A stretch of 64,000 nucleotides of DNA, taken from the NCBI RefSeq assembly GCF_964188315.1, contig NC_135656.1, forward strand, positions 25,234,001 through 25,298,000, in the 5' to 3' direction. The notes beneath the pieces were generated by a model that saw only the letters and a list, made by a program, of their open reading frames with translations, ran no database searches and was not told the origin of the DNA. This stretch comes from Podarcis muralis. Taxonomy: Eukaryota. The position numbers and the translations under genes were made by a program. This document shows, piece after piece, positions 35,023 to 47,684 of this stretch. Each line of letters begins with the position of its first letter. The first letter of the stretch is position 1.

Positions 35023-35755
35023 CCAGGAAAAGGTATCAGGTACTTTGTGCCTCTCATTCTTCTCTGTCCACCCAGGTACACATCTATTTTCCTATCTGCA
35101 TTGTGTCATGCTGCACTGGCATTTTCAGCTTTCCTTAACTGGGAACACAACCCCTCATCTGGGATCCCTTATCACGTGGCCAAGTGGAAGCGGGGTCCTG
35201 CTGTCAGTGGGATCATATTGTGAATTGCGGATTTCTCAAGGAGCAGAACAGACCCCTTTGCCAGGAAGCAGAGGTAATCTCAGGGTAAAATCAAGACCTA
35301 TGTTCTAAGCATGGTGCGGGCTGTTGCCGCCTTGAAAACAAATACCATGGAATGCACTGAATGTGTGTTAAAAACCAGTTCTACCAAACTTTTAAATGTG
35401 CCCTTATCCTCAAGTGAACGAAAGCTTGGCCTCTGAAGCAGAGCGGTTAATCCGCCCCATTCAGAAGCCATGTCAGTCTCATAGTTTATTTGTGCTGCTC
35501 AGTGTTGTGTGGCGACACCAGCGACTGTCTGTAACATTGTTTGGCCTTCAACATTCTTCACCTGGGCAGGAGGTGTGGAACCACACATGATCTCATGCTT
35601 CTCTCAACATTCAGAGCGTGCTTATACCTTACCTACTTAGCTGAACATTTCATATTTGTGATCAATTCTGGCCCACAAAGCCTTCTGCCATGATAAAATG
35701 GTTCCATCTTTTAAGGGTGTGTATGTGAGAGAACATCTCTGCAGTCCAACTAGAT

Positions 35756-36077
35756 CAGGGGTTAGCAAACATTTTCAGCAAACATGTCCACTGTCCCTCA
35801 AACCTTGTGGGGGGCTGGACTATATTTTGAAGGGGGGGGGAAATGAACGAATTCCTATGCCTCACAAATAACCCAGAGATGCATTTTAAATAAAAGCACA
35901 CATTCTACTCATGTAAAAACACCAGGCAGGCCCCACAAATAACCCAGAGATGCATTTTAAATAAAAGGACACATTCTACTCATGTAAAAATATGCTGATT
36001 CCTGGACTGTCCGCGGGCCGGATTTAGAAGGTGATTGGGCCGGATCTGACCCCTGGGCCTTAGTTTACATACCCATG
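35756..36077. mobile_element. hAT-Charlie (OposCharlie1/OC1-like) MITE
   Basis: TIRs caggggttagcaaac / gtttacatacccatg; TSD aactagat/agctagat (7/8); internal duplication of about 57 bp; ccactgtccctca...ggactata...atgaacgaattcctatgc recalls OC1. Confidence 0.75.
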
Positions 36078-36544
36078 AGCTAGATAATACACACATTACC
36101 ACGGGGTATGGAAGATGTCACCTACTACTGCAATACATTAAAAACAAGGCAACTGAGTTTCTAAAAGGGAGTATCCTTTGGTCCCCGTCCCCCCCGCCAG
36201 TGGTACCTACCTGAAATCTAACTATCCAAGATAAAAGTAACTTGAAGAGTGTTTAGGGCAAGTTTGTATATTACATTATCCACTGGAGTGACACTGGTTT
36301 CCTGAGAAATGTATTTCGTGACATATACCATTTCCTCCCTTGTGACTGCCTCCTTTTAAAAATATGATCGGTAATGCAATAGCTTCGTTTTCAGACTGAA
36401 TGTCAGGCGTACAGACCTTTTGTGTTAGCATCTGTCAGAACTCTTCCACAACTGCAATCTCTCCTCATGCTCCCTTCAAATATAGATTACTTACTGCACC
36501 AAACCAGAAACAGCTGTCCATTTAATCAGGCAAACGAATGGGAA

Positions 36545-36559
36545 TCACCAGGGGGTGCC
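36545..36559 (+). promoter_or_regulatory. Candidate CTCF motif (forward orientation)
   Basis: TCACCAGGGGGTGCC versus CCACCAGGGGGCGCT; in non-repetitive DNA about 3 kb upstream of the KCNJ2 promoter. Confidence 0.35.
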
Positions 36560-36761
36560 TTCTAGACCTGATGCCATTGCCTTCTATTGAGAATGTCCAC
36601 CAAATGTGATCAGCCAATACAACGAGCCCGTGGAAATATGACCCACCTTCACTGTCGGATTCTCTACACACAAATGTGTGGAATAAAAGATGCACTTACT
36701 GATGACCTACAAGACCTGAAAAATAAGTGTGGGGGGGGGGGGGAGGCTAGTGACCTGAATA

Positions 36762-36976
36762 CAGTGGTACCTCAGGTTACAGATGCTTCAGGTTACAGAT
36801 ACTGCTAACCCAGAAATATTACCTCGGGTTAAGAACTTTGCTTCAGGATGAGAACAGAAATCGCATGGCGGCAGTGGGAGGCCCCACTAGCTAAAGTGGT
36901 GCTTCAGGTTAAGAACAGTTTCAGGTTAAGAACGGACCTCCAGAACGAATTAAGTTCTTAACCTGAGGTACCACTG
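36762..36976. mobile_element. Tc1/mariner MITE, family A
   Basis: TA|cagtggtacctcagg ... ctgaggtaccactg|TA. Confidence 0.9.
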
Positions 36977-37022
36977 TATATACTTCTGCTTTTGTTCACA
37001 TCAGCATTTCAAAACCGAAGTA

Positions 37023-37264
37023 CAGTGGAACCTCGTGTTATGTACTGTCCTCCTTGTGAACACTGCAGGTTACGAGCTCCACTAACCCGTAAGTAGATGT
37101 CCCTTGTTGCAAAATTTGCCCCGGGATGCGAGCGGAAGTCGCGTGCCAGCAGCACGGCAGCAGCAGGAGGCGCCATTAGTGGAAGTGTGCTTCATGTTAC
37201 GAGTGGTTTCAGGTTACAAACGGACCTCCAGAACTGATTAAGTTCGTAACCGGAGGTACCACTG
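37023..37264. mobile_element. Tc1/mariner MITE, older diverged family-A relative
   Basis: TA|cagtggaacctcg ... ggaggtaccactg|TA. Confidence 0.8.
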
Positions 37265-37359
37265 TATAGATTCCACCCAAAATGTATTCTTGATCTTCTA
37301 CTGTGTGTACTGAACTTTAGCCTTTCTTTACCGAAGGCCTATTTCTTAAGTCTAAATAA

Positions 37360-37520
37360 TACAGAACCATAGAGTTGGAAGGGACCCTAAGGACCATCTA
37401 GTCCAGGGGTGCCCAAACCTTTTTCAAAGAGGGCCAGATTTGATGAAGCGAACATGCGTGAGGGCCGACCAAAGTTGTTGACCTTTTTTCTTTTTTCACA
37501 ATTTTACCCCAAAGTTGTTG
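37360..37520. mobile_element. CR1 3' end (minus, 37360-37403) interrupted by a hAT MITE left end (from 37404)
   Basis: catagagttggaagggaccctaaggaccatctagtc|caggggtgcccaaacc. Confidence 0.65.
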
Positions 37521-39037
37521 AGCTTTGGGATAGAAGCTGCAACCTTGGTGTTATCAGCACTACCCCTCTAACCAACTCAGCTATCCAGGTCCTCACTGGA
37601 CCCTAAAGGAAACAATAATGCACAGAATTAAAACAGCACCATGTCTGTTTATAGCAACAAAATGCACAGATGAGATAAACTGGCTATAGACACATTACAT
37701 GAGAGGCACACATTGGCTTATGCACACAAAATAATTCTGTATGTTTCCAACTGCAAATTTCTCAGGAGGGGAGAAGAGAGAAATGAGTAGATATTTTCCC
37801 CATTTTCAGAAATACATACTGATAGAAACTCCATATTCAATTAAACATTTACTGATATGAGGACATGAGTTGGTGTGGAACTCTAAAATATCCTGCATAA
37901 GATGATTCCACCTCTAGTTTGAAGATGGACATAGGATGACGGAGGCTATAAGGAACAGAATTTGTGCCTTTCATGCTCAGTGTCTTACTACCTGATTGGA
38001 ATAACTGTGGCCACAGATTTATTTATTTCTGGACAAATTAGCTGGTGACAGGGCCATTTCGGGTGGTGGGTGAGAGAGAAAATAAACTTTGATGCTTGAG
38101 ATGAAGTCACTTTAATAACTTGATCGCACAGCTTGATTGTTTGAACGTGTTTTGTGATATTTTAGGGACAATAGTTACACAACCACGATTTTAACTGTTG
38201 CTAATTTGCTGCGTTTCGTTAACAGAGGCTCAGCTTTTCTTTGTTTCCATTCCTCCCAGGGCATTCGGCTTTTCACACACGTTCGTCAGCCGTTTTACTC
38301 CTCCACAAATACAAGACCCTCCTTGCTTTGTTAATGTCTCATTCACTCACACTCTGCCTACATCACTTTGCATTCAGCCTCTCCCCTGAGCTCCCTTCAA
38401 TTCCCCCCACCAACACTCCCAATTATCTCTCTCTGCAACCCACACAGCATCCCCCACACCATCTTCTCCCAGTTTTTCGCTCCGGTTTCTCCATCACCCC
38501 CCCGCCCCCAGAATCCAACCTCAGGTGCAATTCTCTACCAGCCCCTCATAATTTCTCTTCGCCCCATAGATTTTGCCCCCAATCCCGGTTTTTAAAAGAG
38601 CGAGTGAGCAGTCCTCGATCTTACTCCCACAGGCACCCTTCCTCCCCAACCATCCCTTTTTTCCTGCGCTCCCCCCAGTTCACTTCCCAAGGGTTGCCAC
38701 TTTTTCCTGCACCCTTTTAAGAGCACGAAATCCAGAAGGGTGCTATTCTCCCTATTCCTGCGATTGCTGGATTTCTGCTTAAACCTCTTGTCAGGGGGGA
38801 GGGAAAGAAGGAGTGGCAACCCTGAGCTTGCCTTTGATCCTTCACCCCCCCAACCCCTCACTAGACACACAGCTCTCTTCTCCAGACCACCTGCTTTAAA
38901 GTCTCTGTTCCTCTCCACGCCAACCTGCTCTGCCTCATATTTTGGTGCCAATCCACCTGCAAAAATCCCTCACGTCCAAGCTTGTAAAAAGGCAAGCAAG
39001 ACCCATCACCACCATCGCCCGTGCGCTGCTCTTTAGG

Positions 39038-39043
39038 GTGAGC
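39038..39043 (+). other. KCNJ2: Candidate splice donor of an upstream alternative first exon of KCNJ2
   Basis: AGG|GTGAGC about 750 nt upstream of the main core promoter; TTTAAA at 38895; human KCNJ2 is recalled to have an upstream alternative first exon. Confidence 0.3.
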
Positions 39044-39130
39044 AAGTCTCTCGCTTCCTGGCTCCTCCAGACGTCCCCCCCTTTAAAGTGATTAAAGACT
39101 CTTCCTTCCTTTCTTACTTTTCTTTTCTTT

Positions 39131-39134
<4 letters not shown>

Positions 39135-39164
<30 letters not shown>
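39135..39164. repeat. (CT)n microsatellite at the edge of the CpG island
   Basis: Direct reading. Confidence 0.9.
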
Positions 39165-39171
<7 letters not shown>

Positions 39172-39179
39172 CCCTCCCC

Positions 39180-39860
39180 TCTCTCTCGGGCACCGCGCCC
39201 TCCTCCCGACCCTGCCGCACTTCCTCAGCGAGGAGAACCACCTAACTGGAGTCAGACGGGCTCCCCAAAGGTCCTTTAGTCCAACCCCCTGCGATGCAGC
39301 AATCTCCACTGAAGCATCCACGGCAGAAGTCCCCTCTCGGCCTCTCCCACGTCCCGCCACGCGTCCATCCACCGCCACCGGCCGCTCCACGGCTCCTCCC
39401 GCAGGGCCAGAAATACTCCGAGGGCGCAGCGGGACAATCCCTCTCCCTACCAGCCAGCTACCCCTTTCCCACCCGCCCCGTAGTAAGCAAACCGGGGCTG
39501 GAACGCGCACTTCCCCCAGGGTCGGTCCTCCTGCAACCCCTTTCCCACCCACCCGCGTTTCAATTCCCTCCGAGCCGCAGCAGGGCTCCGGAGCTGCTGG
39601 ACGAGGAGCTGGGCGCAAGCGGATGGCAGTCCCGGGGAGCAGCTCCGTCGCCTCCGCTCCCCTCTCTCCTACTGCCTGAGCGGAGCCGCGGCCCCGGAGC
39701 CCCAGGCGCTCCCGGCCCCGCCCCCCGGCGCTCATTGGTCCGAGGAGGCCCCCGTGGGCGGAGACTGGCGAGCCGGTATTAAAAATCACATGGGCAGCGC
39801 TCAAAAGAGAGGCAGTAGCTTATTCCGTTGTATCACTTGCCAGCGGCAGGCTGAGGCTAG
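39180..39860. promoter_or_regulatory. KCNJ2: CpG island / KCNJ2 promoter region
   Basis: Very high GC and CpG density relative to the rest of the window; about 6.5 kb upstream of the KCNJ2 ATG. Confidence 0.85.
39716..39785 (+). promoter_or_regulatory. KCNJ2: KCNJ2 core promoter: GC boxes, inverted CCAAT, TATA-like box
   Basis: CCCCGCCCC 39716-24, ATTGG 39734-38, GGGCGG 39756-61, TATTAAAAA 39777-85; implies a TSS near 39805-39810. Confidence 0.65.
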
Positions 39861-39957
39861 GGAGAGCTTGGGGATGGTTTTCCGTTTTTTGCTCACCTCT
39901 GGATCTAACACCCTTTTTAACAATATAATTTTTGCCTAGCTTAAAATCCACCGACAG
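39805..39957 (+). other. KCNJ2: KCNJ2 non-coding exon 1 (start approximate)
   Basis: Follows the TATA-like box and ends at strong donor CAG|GTAAGG (39957/39958). Confidence 0.65.
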
Positions 39958-41849
39958 GTAAGGAAGCCTTTCTCTTTCTCTCTCTTTTTTGACCTTCGGG
40001 AAGCGGGGTGGCTTGGAACCTCTCAGTCGAGAGGAATATTGCGAACTGTTGCTCTTTTGAGTCAGAATGTAACCCTATAGCCCCCACAGATCGATAGGCT
40101 TGAGGGTCTTGAAAGAAAGAAGTAAGAAATGGTTTGTTGCTTGCTTGCAGCAGGGAGATTTCCCCGGAGGTCCACAAATGGAAACATTTTATAAACTTGC
40201 TTTCAGGTACCAGATTCAGTAGCTGCTAAAATTGTTGCAGGTAGATTTGTCCGCAATTGCTGTCGGTTCTTCTGTGCTCTTAACTTTCACTGCATCTAAT
40301 TGCCTTTGCAATGGACTGTTTTGGATGGAGTTTAGCAGAAAAAAAATGCTGCCAGCTCTGCTGAGCTCTGGATTATTTTTGCTATTTCCTTTTTTTGCTT
40401 CTGGTTTGCAACTATGCTGTGACTCAGGAATAGGTCACAGCATCAAGACCTCTTAGGTCCTCCTGAAGCTCTGAAACATATTTCAAAACAGCCTAAAATA
40501 CCACATGTCGACCTTTTCCCAAGGTGCTCCGAAGCAACTTGTGGATTGTTTGTACCCCACCCCTCTTATTTTATTTTAATTTTTTTAAATCTTGGTATTA
40601 TTCCATGCCAAAAGCATCGAAAGAAAAGATCAGCATGTCTTACGTTTGGGGAGAGATTGCATCACTTTAGCTTGATTCATCAGGGTTCCCCCCTCCCCGG
40701 GCAAAATATAAGAAATAAATAAAGAACAAATCATTTTGGCTCTGCTGTAGCCTGTTACAGACGTTGCCATCTGAAAATAGTTTGTGCTGTAGCAGGAATG
40801 TTTAGAGCTTGAAGCAGCTTCTGCAGCTGAAAAAACTATTGTGAGGAAAACCTTTTCCTTATCACTCTTCTCCCCCCTCCCAATACTTCCGCTTCCCAGA
40901 TTCTTTCGTTCTCTCACTGTGCAAAATTTCTATATTCTGCCCCTTACCTTTTTTCTGCATTCCTTTCTTTTTCCATCTTAAGCAGCTTGCCAACGACACC
41001 CCCCCCCCCTTGGTGATGACTCTGGCCATTTGTTGTTAGTTTGTCATCATCTAGAAATATCTTGCCATCTTCTCCAAACAAGCAGGATCTGGGATCAAAA
41101 GGCTCTCAGCCTTCCCCCTTTCCCCTCACACACTTCCTTCTACAAACTTTCTTCTTGTTGTTGGCATTGTTGTTTAAAACCACCCTCATTGTTTTGGTCC
41201 TCTGTCTCAGTGAGGTATTGGAGGGGCAGTCCTGTGCATTGTGGTGCCTTAACAATAAAAAATGTAAAAATTAAGCTGAGAATATATTAATAGACTGCCA
41301 GTAAGGGGAAGGCAGAATAGACTCCTGAACCACTTGAAGAGGAGGGCATTGCTCTGATTATTGATTTGAGCTCTAGCTCACAGCCATTCTGTTTACTCAG
41401 GGCACAGGAAGGTAGTAGTTAGGTTCACTTAGCAACATGTGCCTTGAACAGCCTCAGCAGAGGTGTGCAGCGACAACTGGGGAATAACTGCTGCTTGCTC
41501 ATTAACTATTTCTCTCCCCCTGTTCGCTCAACCCTGAGCAGCCTGAGAGTGCTGATTTTTCTTTTTCTTTTTAAGAATGCTTCTCACCTATTTCATCATT
41601 GCAATTTTCAAACAAGCGTGAATGTGTTTAAATTCAGAAGGCTGCTTGTGCTCCAAAGCTTCCTCCCAGACACAGTTTGCTCAGATTCAGAGCCCATTAT
41701 TTCGGGTGGAAGTAGGGGGGAAATCCCCCGACTCTCTCCATCTGTCAACACATACATGCAGAACACATCTACAGAGGCAGTGGAGAGTAAATGTAATGCA
41801 TTGAACTTATTTATGGGGTATGTTCAGGTTGCATGAGGCTAGCTCAATA

Positions 41850-42070
41850 CGGTGGTGCCTCGGGTTACAGATGCTTCAGGTTACGGAATGCTTCAGGTTA
41901 CAGACTCCGCTAATCCAGAAACAGTGCCTCGGGTTAAGAACTTTGCTCAGGATGAGAACAGAAATCGCACAGCGGTGGCAGTGGGAGGCCCTCTTAGCTA
42001 AAGTGGTACCTCAGGTTAAGAACAGTTTCAGGTTAAGAACAAATTAAGTTATTAACCCGAGTTACTACTG
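41850..42070. mobile_element. Tc1/mariner MITE, family A (KCNJ2 intron)
   Basis: TA|cggtggtgcctcggg ... cccgagttactactg|TA. Confidence 0.85.
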
Positions 42071-43455
42071 TATACAGCAGTGGTTTAATAACCTTAGCAG
42101 TGGCATTGGACTTGAAGCTTCATTCTGAAAGATTCTGATCCCAATTCTATTTAGGGTTTTGGAGGAGCCAGCTCTGGAGCTCTCTAGCATGTGGGTTCAC
42201 AGTCAGCTTACTTCCCTCCCCCCTCTTTTCTTCAAGTAGAGTGTGGGAAGACTGCTGGTAGGCAAGAGAAGTAGCAACAGCTTGGAAGGGGAGAAAAGCC
42301 TGCAGACTTTTACCCACCTCTCAGTACTGTGAACTTGTTGTATAGGAATAGAGCAGGTGTTGGTAACATGGGTTTGGTAAATTGTGGCTAGGAGAAGAAA
42401 GTGCACCATCAGAAATGATGTTGGGCATTCTCTTCGGACAGTGAGTGGTGTCTTCATTTCCGAAGGAAGGTGTGTGTGTGTGTGTGCGTGTGTTGGACAG
42501 CTGAAAGGGAGGGAGAGTTCAGAATTTTCTGAGACTTTGCCACTACCCTATTAATGCTGGGGCTATATGCTCATAAAGCATTCCACAGGGCCTGATCCTT
42601 GTCCTGTCCAAATTCTACATCTGTGCTGTAGGTCTGCTGCTGCTGTATCAGTTCTGTTGTCTCTGTGGTTCCCACAAAATTCATGTGTGCGTTAGATGCT
42701 TGCACTGTTTTTCTAAACATCCCCAGAACCTGATTCTGCTTGGATAAATAGCAGGAATTTTGCCATTCACTTTGTGGACATGAGATTTCTGCAACTACTA
42801 ATGTGCCATTGTCAACCTTGTCTGGTGATTCATTGTGAAGGTTAACCTGTCCCTCTGCCTGCTCCCTGTTTGTATCCTAGTTACAGTGGGAGCAGAAGTG
42901 GGCAATTTGTGTTGTTAAAAGAGAGGGTGGTTATCCTATAAAGGCTGTAATAAGTGTTGTGTGTGGTATGCCAAAGTTTTGTTGCATGATGAACTTCTAG
43001 TCTATAAACACTTGAAAGAGTTATAACCCCAGGCTCTTTGTTTAAGAATTATTTTAGCCAACCTGCACATAAAGGGTTTGCTTCCAGAGGCAGAGTGCCC
43101 GTAGTGGTGAAACTCTATTAGCTAATAATACCATGCAAATGTACAACATATGGAACAATTACTATTGCTGGTAGTGGAAATCTGCCAGTAATAGGTACTT
43201 GGTGTTATTTCTAGGGTTCTAATTTGAGCAGGCATTTCATAGGAAGCTGGTATTACGTTGGAGTGATGCTTGGAATTTGATCAAATGGCCAAAGGTCAAG
43301 GTAGTTTTCCAAAGTCTCATGTAGACCTTCTTTCAGTCTCTCTCTCTCTCTCCCCTCCCTTAAACTGGCTTGTTTTCCTCCTTTAAATCTGAGAAAAAGA
43401 TCAGCCCAAACAGCATGCCTACAAATGTAATTTGAACATGGGCATGCAGCATGAT

Positions 43456-43456
43456 G

Positions 43457-43498
<42 letters not shown>
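43456..43498. repeat. (AAT)n microsatellite
   Basis: Direct reading. Confidence 0.9.
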
Positions 43499-44372
43499 GG
43501 ATGTGGTTTCTGACATGGAATAATCTGCAGACCAATAAAGCTATCTTTCAGTTAACTGTTTTTGTTTGTGTATAAACAGAAAGCTGATTCTTTCTTAAAC
43601 TGATAGTCTAGACTACGTTTATACATCAACAGTAAAATAGTGCAAATTGAACACTGAAAGTAGTTTTGCCTAAGGGGTTAGATATTGGCTGAGCTATTGT
43701 TTAACTAAAAAACAAAACATTAGTTGCTGGAAAAATTGAACTTTTGCCTTGCAAACGAATGATCAGACAGGTATAAATTAACTAGAAAACTAGTGCACAT
43801 TTGAATAACCCTTGATTGTTGAAAGCTGCCAAAATACGTAGCATAATAATAAGTTTGACTAATTTCAAGAAGATGTCACCCATTACATACTGCATTCAGC
43901 ACCCAGGGACAGACCTATCCTACATCTAGCCTAGACTTTCCATCTGTAATTATTATCGGAAGATCTGCTTTCTGTTATCTGGGAAAGTACCTAACATATA
44001 AGGTTACCTTATGCAGCTGTGACCTGGAGAATTAGACAAAAGTTTATATAGCATCATCTGGAGCCATGCTTTGAGAGGCACTTGACCTATGAAAAATCTT
44101 CTATATTTGAATTGCTATTCTAGACTTTTAAGTGTTATTTGATGTTTGTCTGAGTTTGAAATTTTGCTGTGGGATGACCTGTGGTTTTGACCCACTGAGG
44201 ATGTGCATCAAATTTCGTATGATGCAAAGCAAGTGCTCCTCTTCATTTTAAGAGTAAAATGTCAGCAAGACTACTGTTGTGTCACCTGCTGCATCTTAAA
44301 TTGATCTTACGAGGAGTCGCAAAAAGAAATGGAAACATCTCTACAGTTATAGTCCTAACCATTAGGGAGTAA

Positions 44373-44448
44373 GTCTGCAATCCTAGACCTACTTACCTGA
44401 TCCCCTTTTAATATGTTTTACTTCTGAGTAAACATGGTTAGGATTGTG
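44373..44448. mobile_element. Short palindromic MITE (GCTGCAATCCTA family)
   Basis: taa|gtctgcaatcctagacctacttacc...ttacttctgagtaaacatggttaggattg. Confidence 0.6.
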
Positions 44449-44991
44449 AATCCAGTGGCCCATACTTCTGACTGAATATGCTTGAGGTGGTTAAGACTTC
44501 ATGGCTGCAGTCTTATGCACACGTGCCTTACAGCAAGCCTCTTTTCAAATAAACAAGCAGCATTCTGGGTTAGATTTTTTAAAAACAAACCCCAGCAGCA
44601 AACAAACACATAGGGACAGGAGCCAGTCCTGACTATATGGCAGCTCCTTCACATAGCAAATTCACGAAGTTCCAACCACACTGTTCAGGCAGTTGAGCTG
44701 CAGAAATTTAGATGGCAGCAAAATGGATGGATGCAACAAAAGAGATCTAGACAAGGAAGCAGGCTTTGAAATGCATAGGCAGATTAGCATCCGATTGGCT
44801 GCGTGGGATAAGAACATGCATCATCATAGACATGACTAGTTGGGAATGAGTAGAGCAGGATCAGGGCCATTGTTTCACTACTATATTAAATGCCCTTGGA
44901 AATTGCATGCATGTTGAATGTTGGTCTGTATATTTTGGTTCAGCCATATTTTGTTTTAGGTCCCAACCTGTGCTTGCTTAATTTATTAGTT

Positions 44992-45046
44992 AAAACAAAA
45001 CAAAACAAAACAAAACAAAACAAAACAAAACAAAACAAAACAAAAC
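44992..45046. repeat. (AAAAC)11 microsatellite
   Basis: Direct reading. Confidence 0.95.
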
Positions 45047-45332
45047 ACAAGCACCATACTGATCCCCCGCAATAAAGGTGAACCTGGATCTCACTCACAG
45101 TTCCATGAGGTTTGTTTCTGTATATTTGCTCTACTACTATCTTGCAATGATCACTATGTCATTGTCTAGCATCAAGCTGCTTTAGATTCACTAGCAACAT
45201 ATGGCTTTGCGGACTGAATTCTGGAAAAAAATGAAAACAAAATTCAGTGCTTAGTTTCCAATCAACTTTCATTTAATAAGAGGAGGGATGTCAAATACTG
45301 CAAAAGGGTAAACTTGGATTGGATTCAAATGC

Positions 45333-45472
45333 ATTATAGAAATATCGAGTTGGAAGAGACCTCAAGGGTCAGATAGGCCCTGCAATGCACACAGTTCCCC
45401 ATCCAATATTGAAACCATACCGGACCCTGCTTAGCTTTGCAAATGTGCTAGCAGTTTTATTGCTGCACCACT
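45333..45472 (-). mobile_element. Candidate 5S rRNA-headed SINE with CR1-type tail (SINE3 architecture)
   Basis: Minus strand: AAGCTAAGCAGGG (5S box A), 19 nt, TGGATGGGGA (box C), then ccttgaggtctcttccaactcgatatttctataat (CR1 3' end). Confidence 0.55.
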
Positions 45473-45917
45473 ATCTTATGTTAAAACTGGTATAAATCAC
45501 ATCAATGATTCTCAGATCTAGGAATCTCAAAATGGATGGCTTAAAACTAATCAACAAGATACCAGGCTATTGGCAATTCAGACTGGTGGCAGTGTAATAC
45601 TAGAGTTTAAAGTGAGTCCCCTTTATACCCTTAAGAAAGGTTTTATGCAGCCAGAGACCAGAATTGGACAAGTGAGCCCCAATAGCAAAATGCTGGACAG
45701 TTTAAGGAGTGTTACTTTGTTTCCTTATTTTTGTAGAGTAACTAAATGAGACACTCCCTGACCCTGGCAAAAATGTGTTTCTGCTCATTGCATACTGTGT
45801 TAGATTAAATTCATTATACCATCTTTGGCTGAAGTTGTCATCCTATATCGGCCGAATCTACTGGGATCGCCCAGGCGGTAGAGCATGAGTCTCATAATCT
45901 CACGTTGGGCAAAACAT

Positions 45918-45978
45918 TCCTTCGCTGCAGGGGGTTGGACTAGATGACCCTCATGGTAGCTTCCTATGCTATGATTCT
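45918..45978 (+). mobile_element. CR1 3' terminus
   Basis: ctgcagggggttggactagatgaccctc...ctatgattct. Confidence 0.75.
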
Positions 45979-46226
45979 GCATATAAAAACTCGAGCTATT
46001 AGGTGATGCTTTCTTTTAAGATTAGCTGTGTGATTTCCTGTGGCTATGCTGAGTTGCCACTGAACAAGATGATGTCCTCTGGAACGAACGAAGCTGGGAG
46101 CGGGATCCGTACAAGATCACGTGGGGGCAGAAAAATAGAAATGCGATCCCAACAGTTGCTGACACAACTTTCTCTCTCTCTTTTATGACAGGCCATGTCT
46201 CCTTGTGGCAGATGATTGGCTGCTAA

Positions 46227-47684
<1,458 letters not shown>

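Larger units (their letters stand above)
39958..46191 (+). other. KCNJ2: KCNJ2 intron 1 (6234 nt)
   Basis: GT at 39958; acceptor tttctctctctcttttatgacag| at 46191, 215 nt before the ATG. Confidence 0.65.

Noticed and set aside
39790-39799. ATGGGCAGCG identical to the first 10 nt of the KCNJ2 CDS, next to the TATA-like box
   Set aside because: Probably upstream of the TSS, diverges immediately, and a 10-nt GC-rich match is plausible by chance.
38935-39804. 289-aa minus-strand ORF over the KCNJ2 CpG island
   Set aside because: Starts at TTG, runs through a (GA)n repeat, and is explained by stop-codon depletion in GC-rich DNA; no recognisable domain. Antisense non-coding transcription (like human KCNJ2-AS1) is possible but not shown by sequence.
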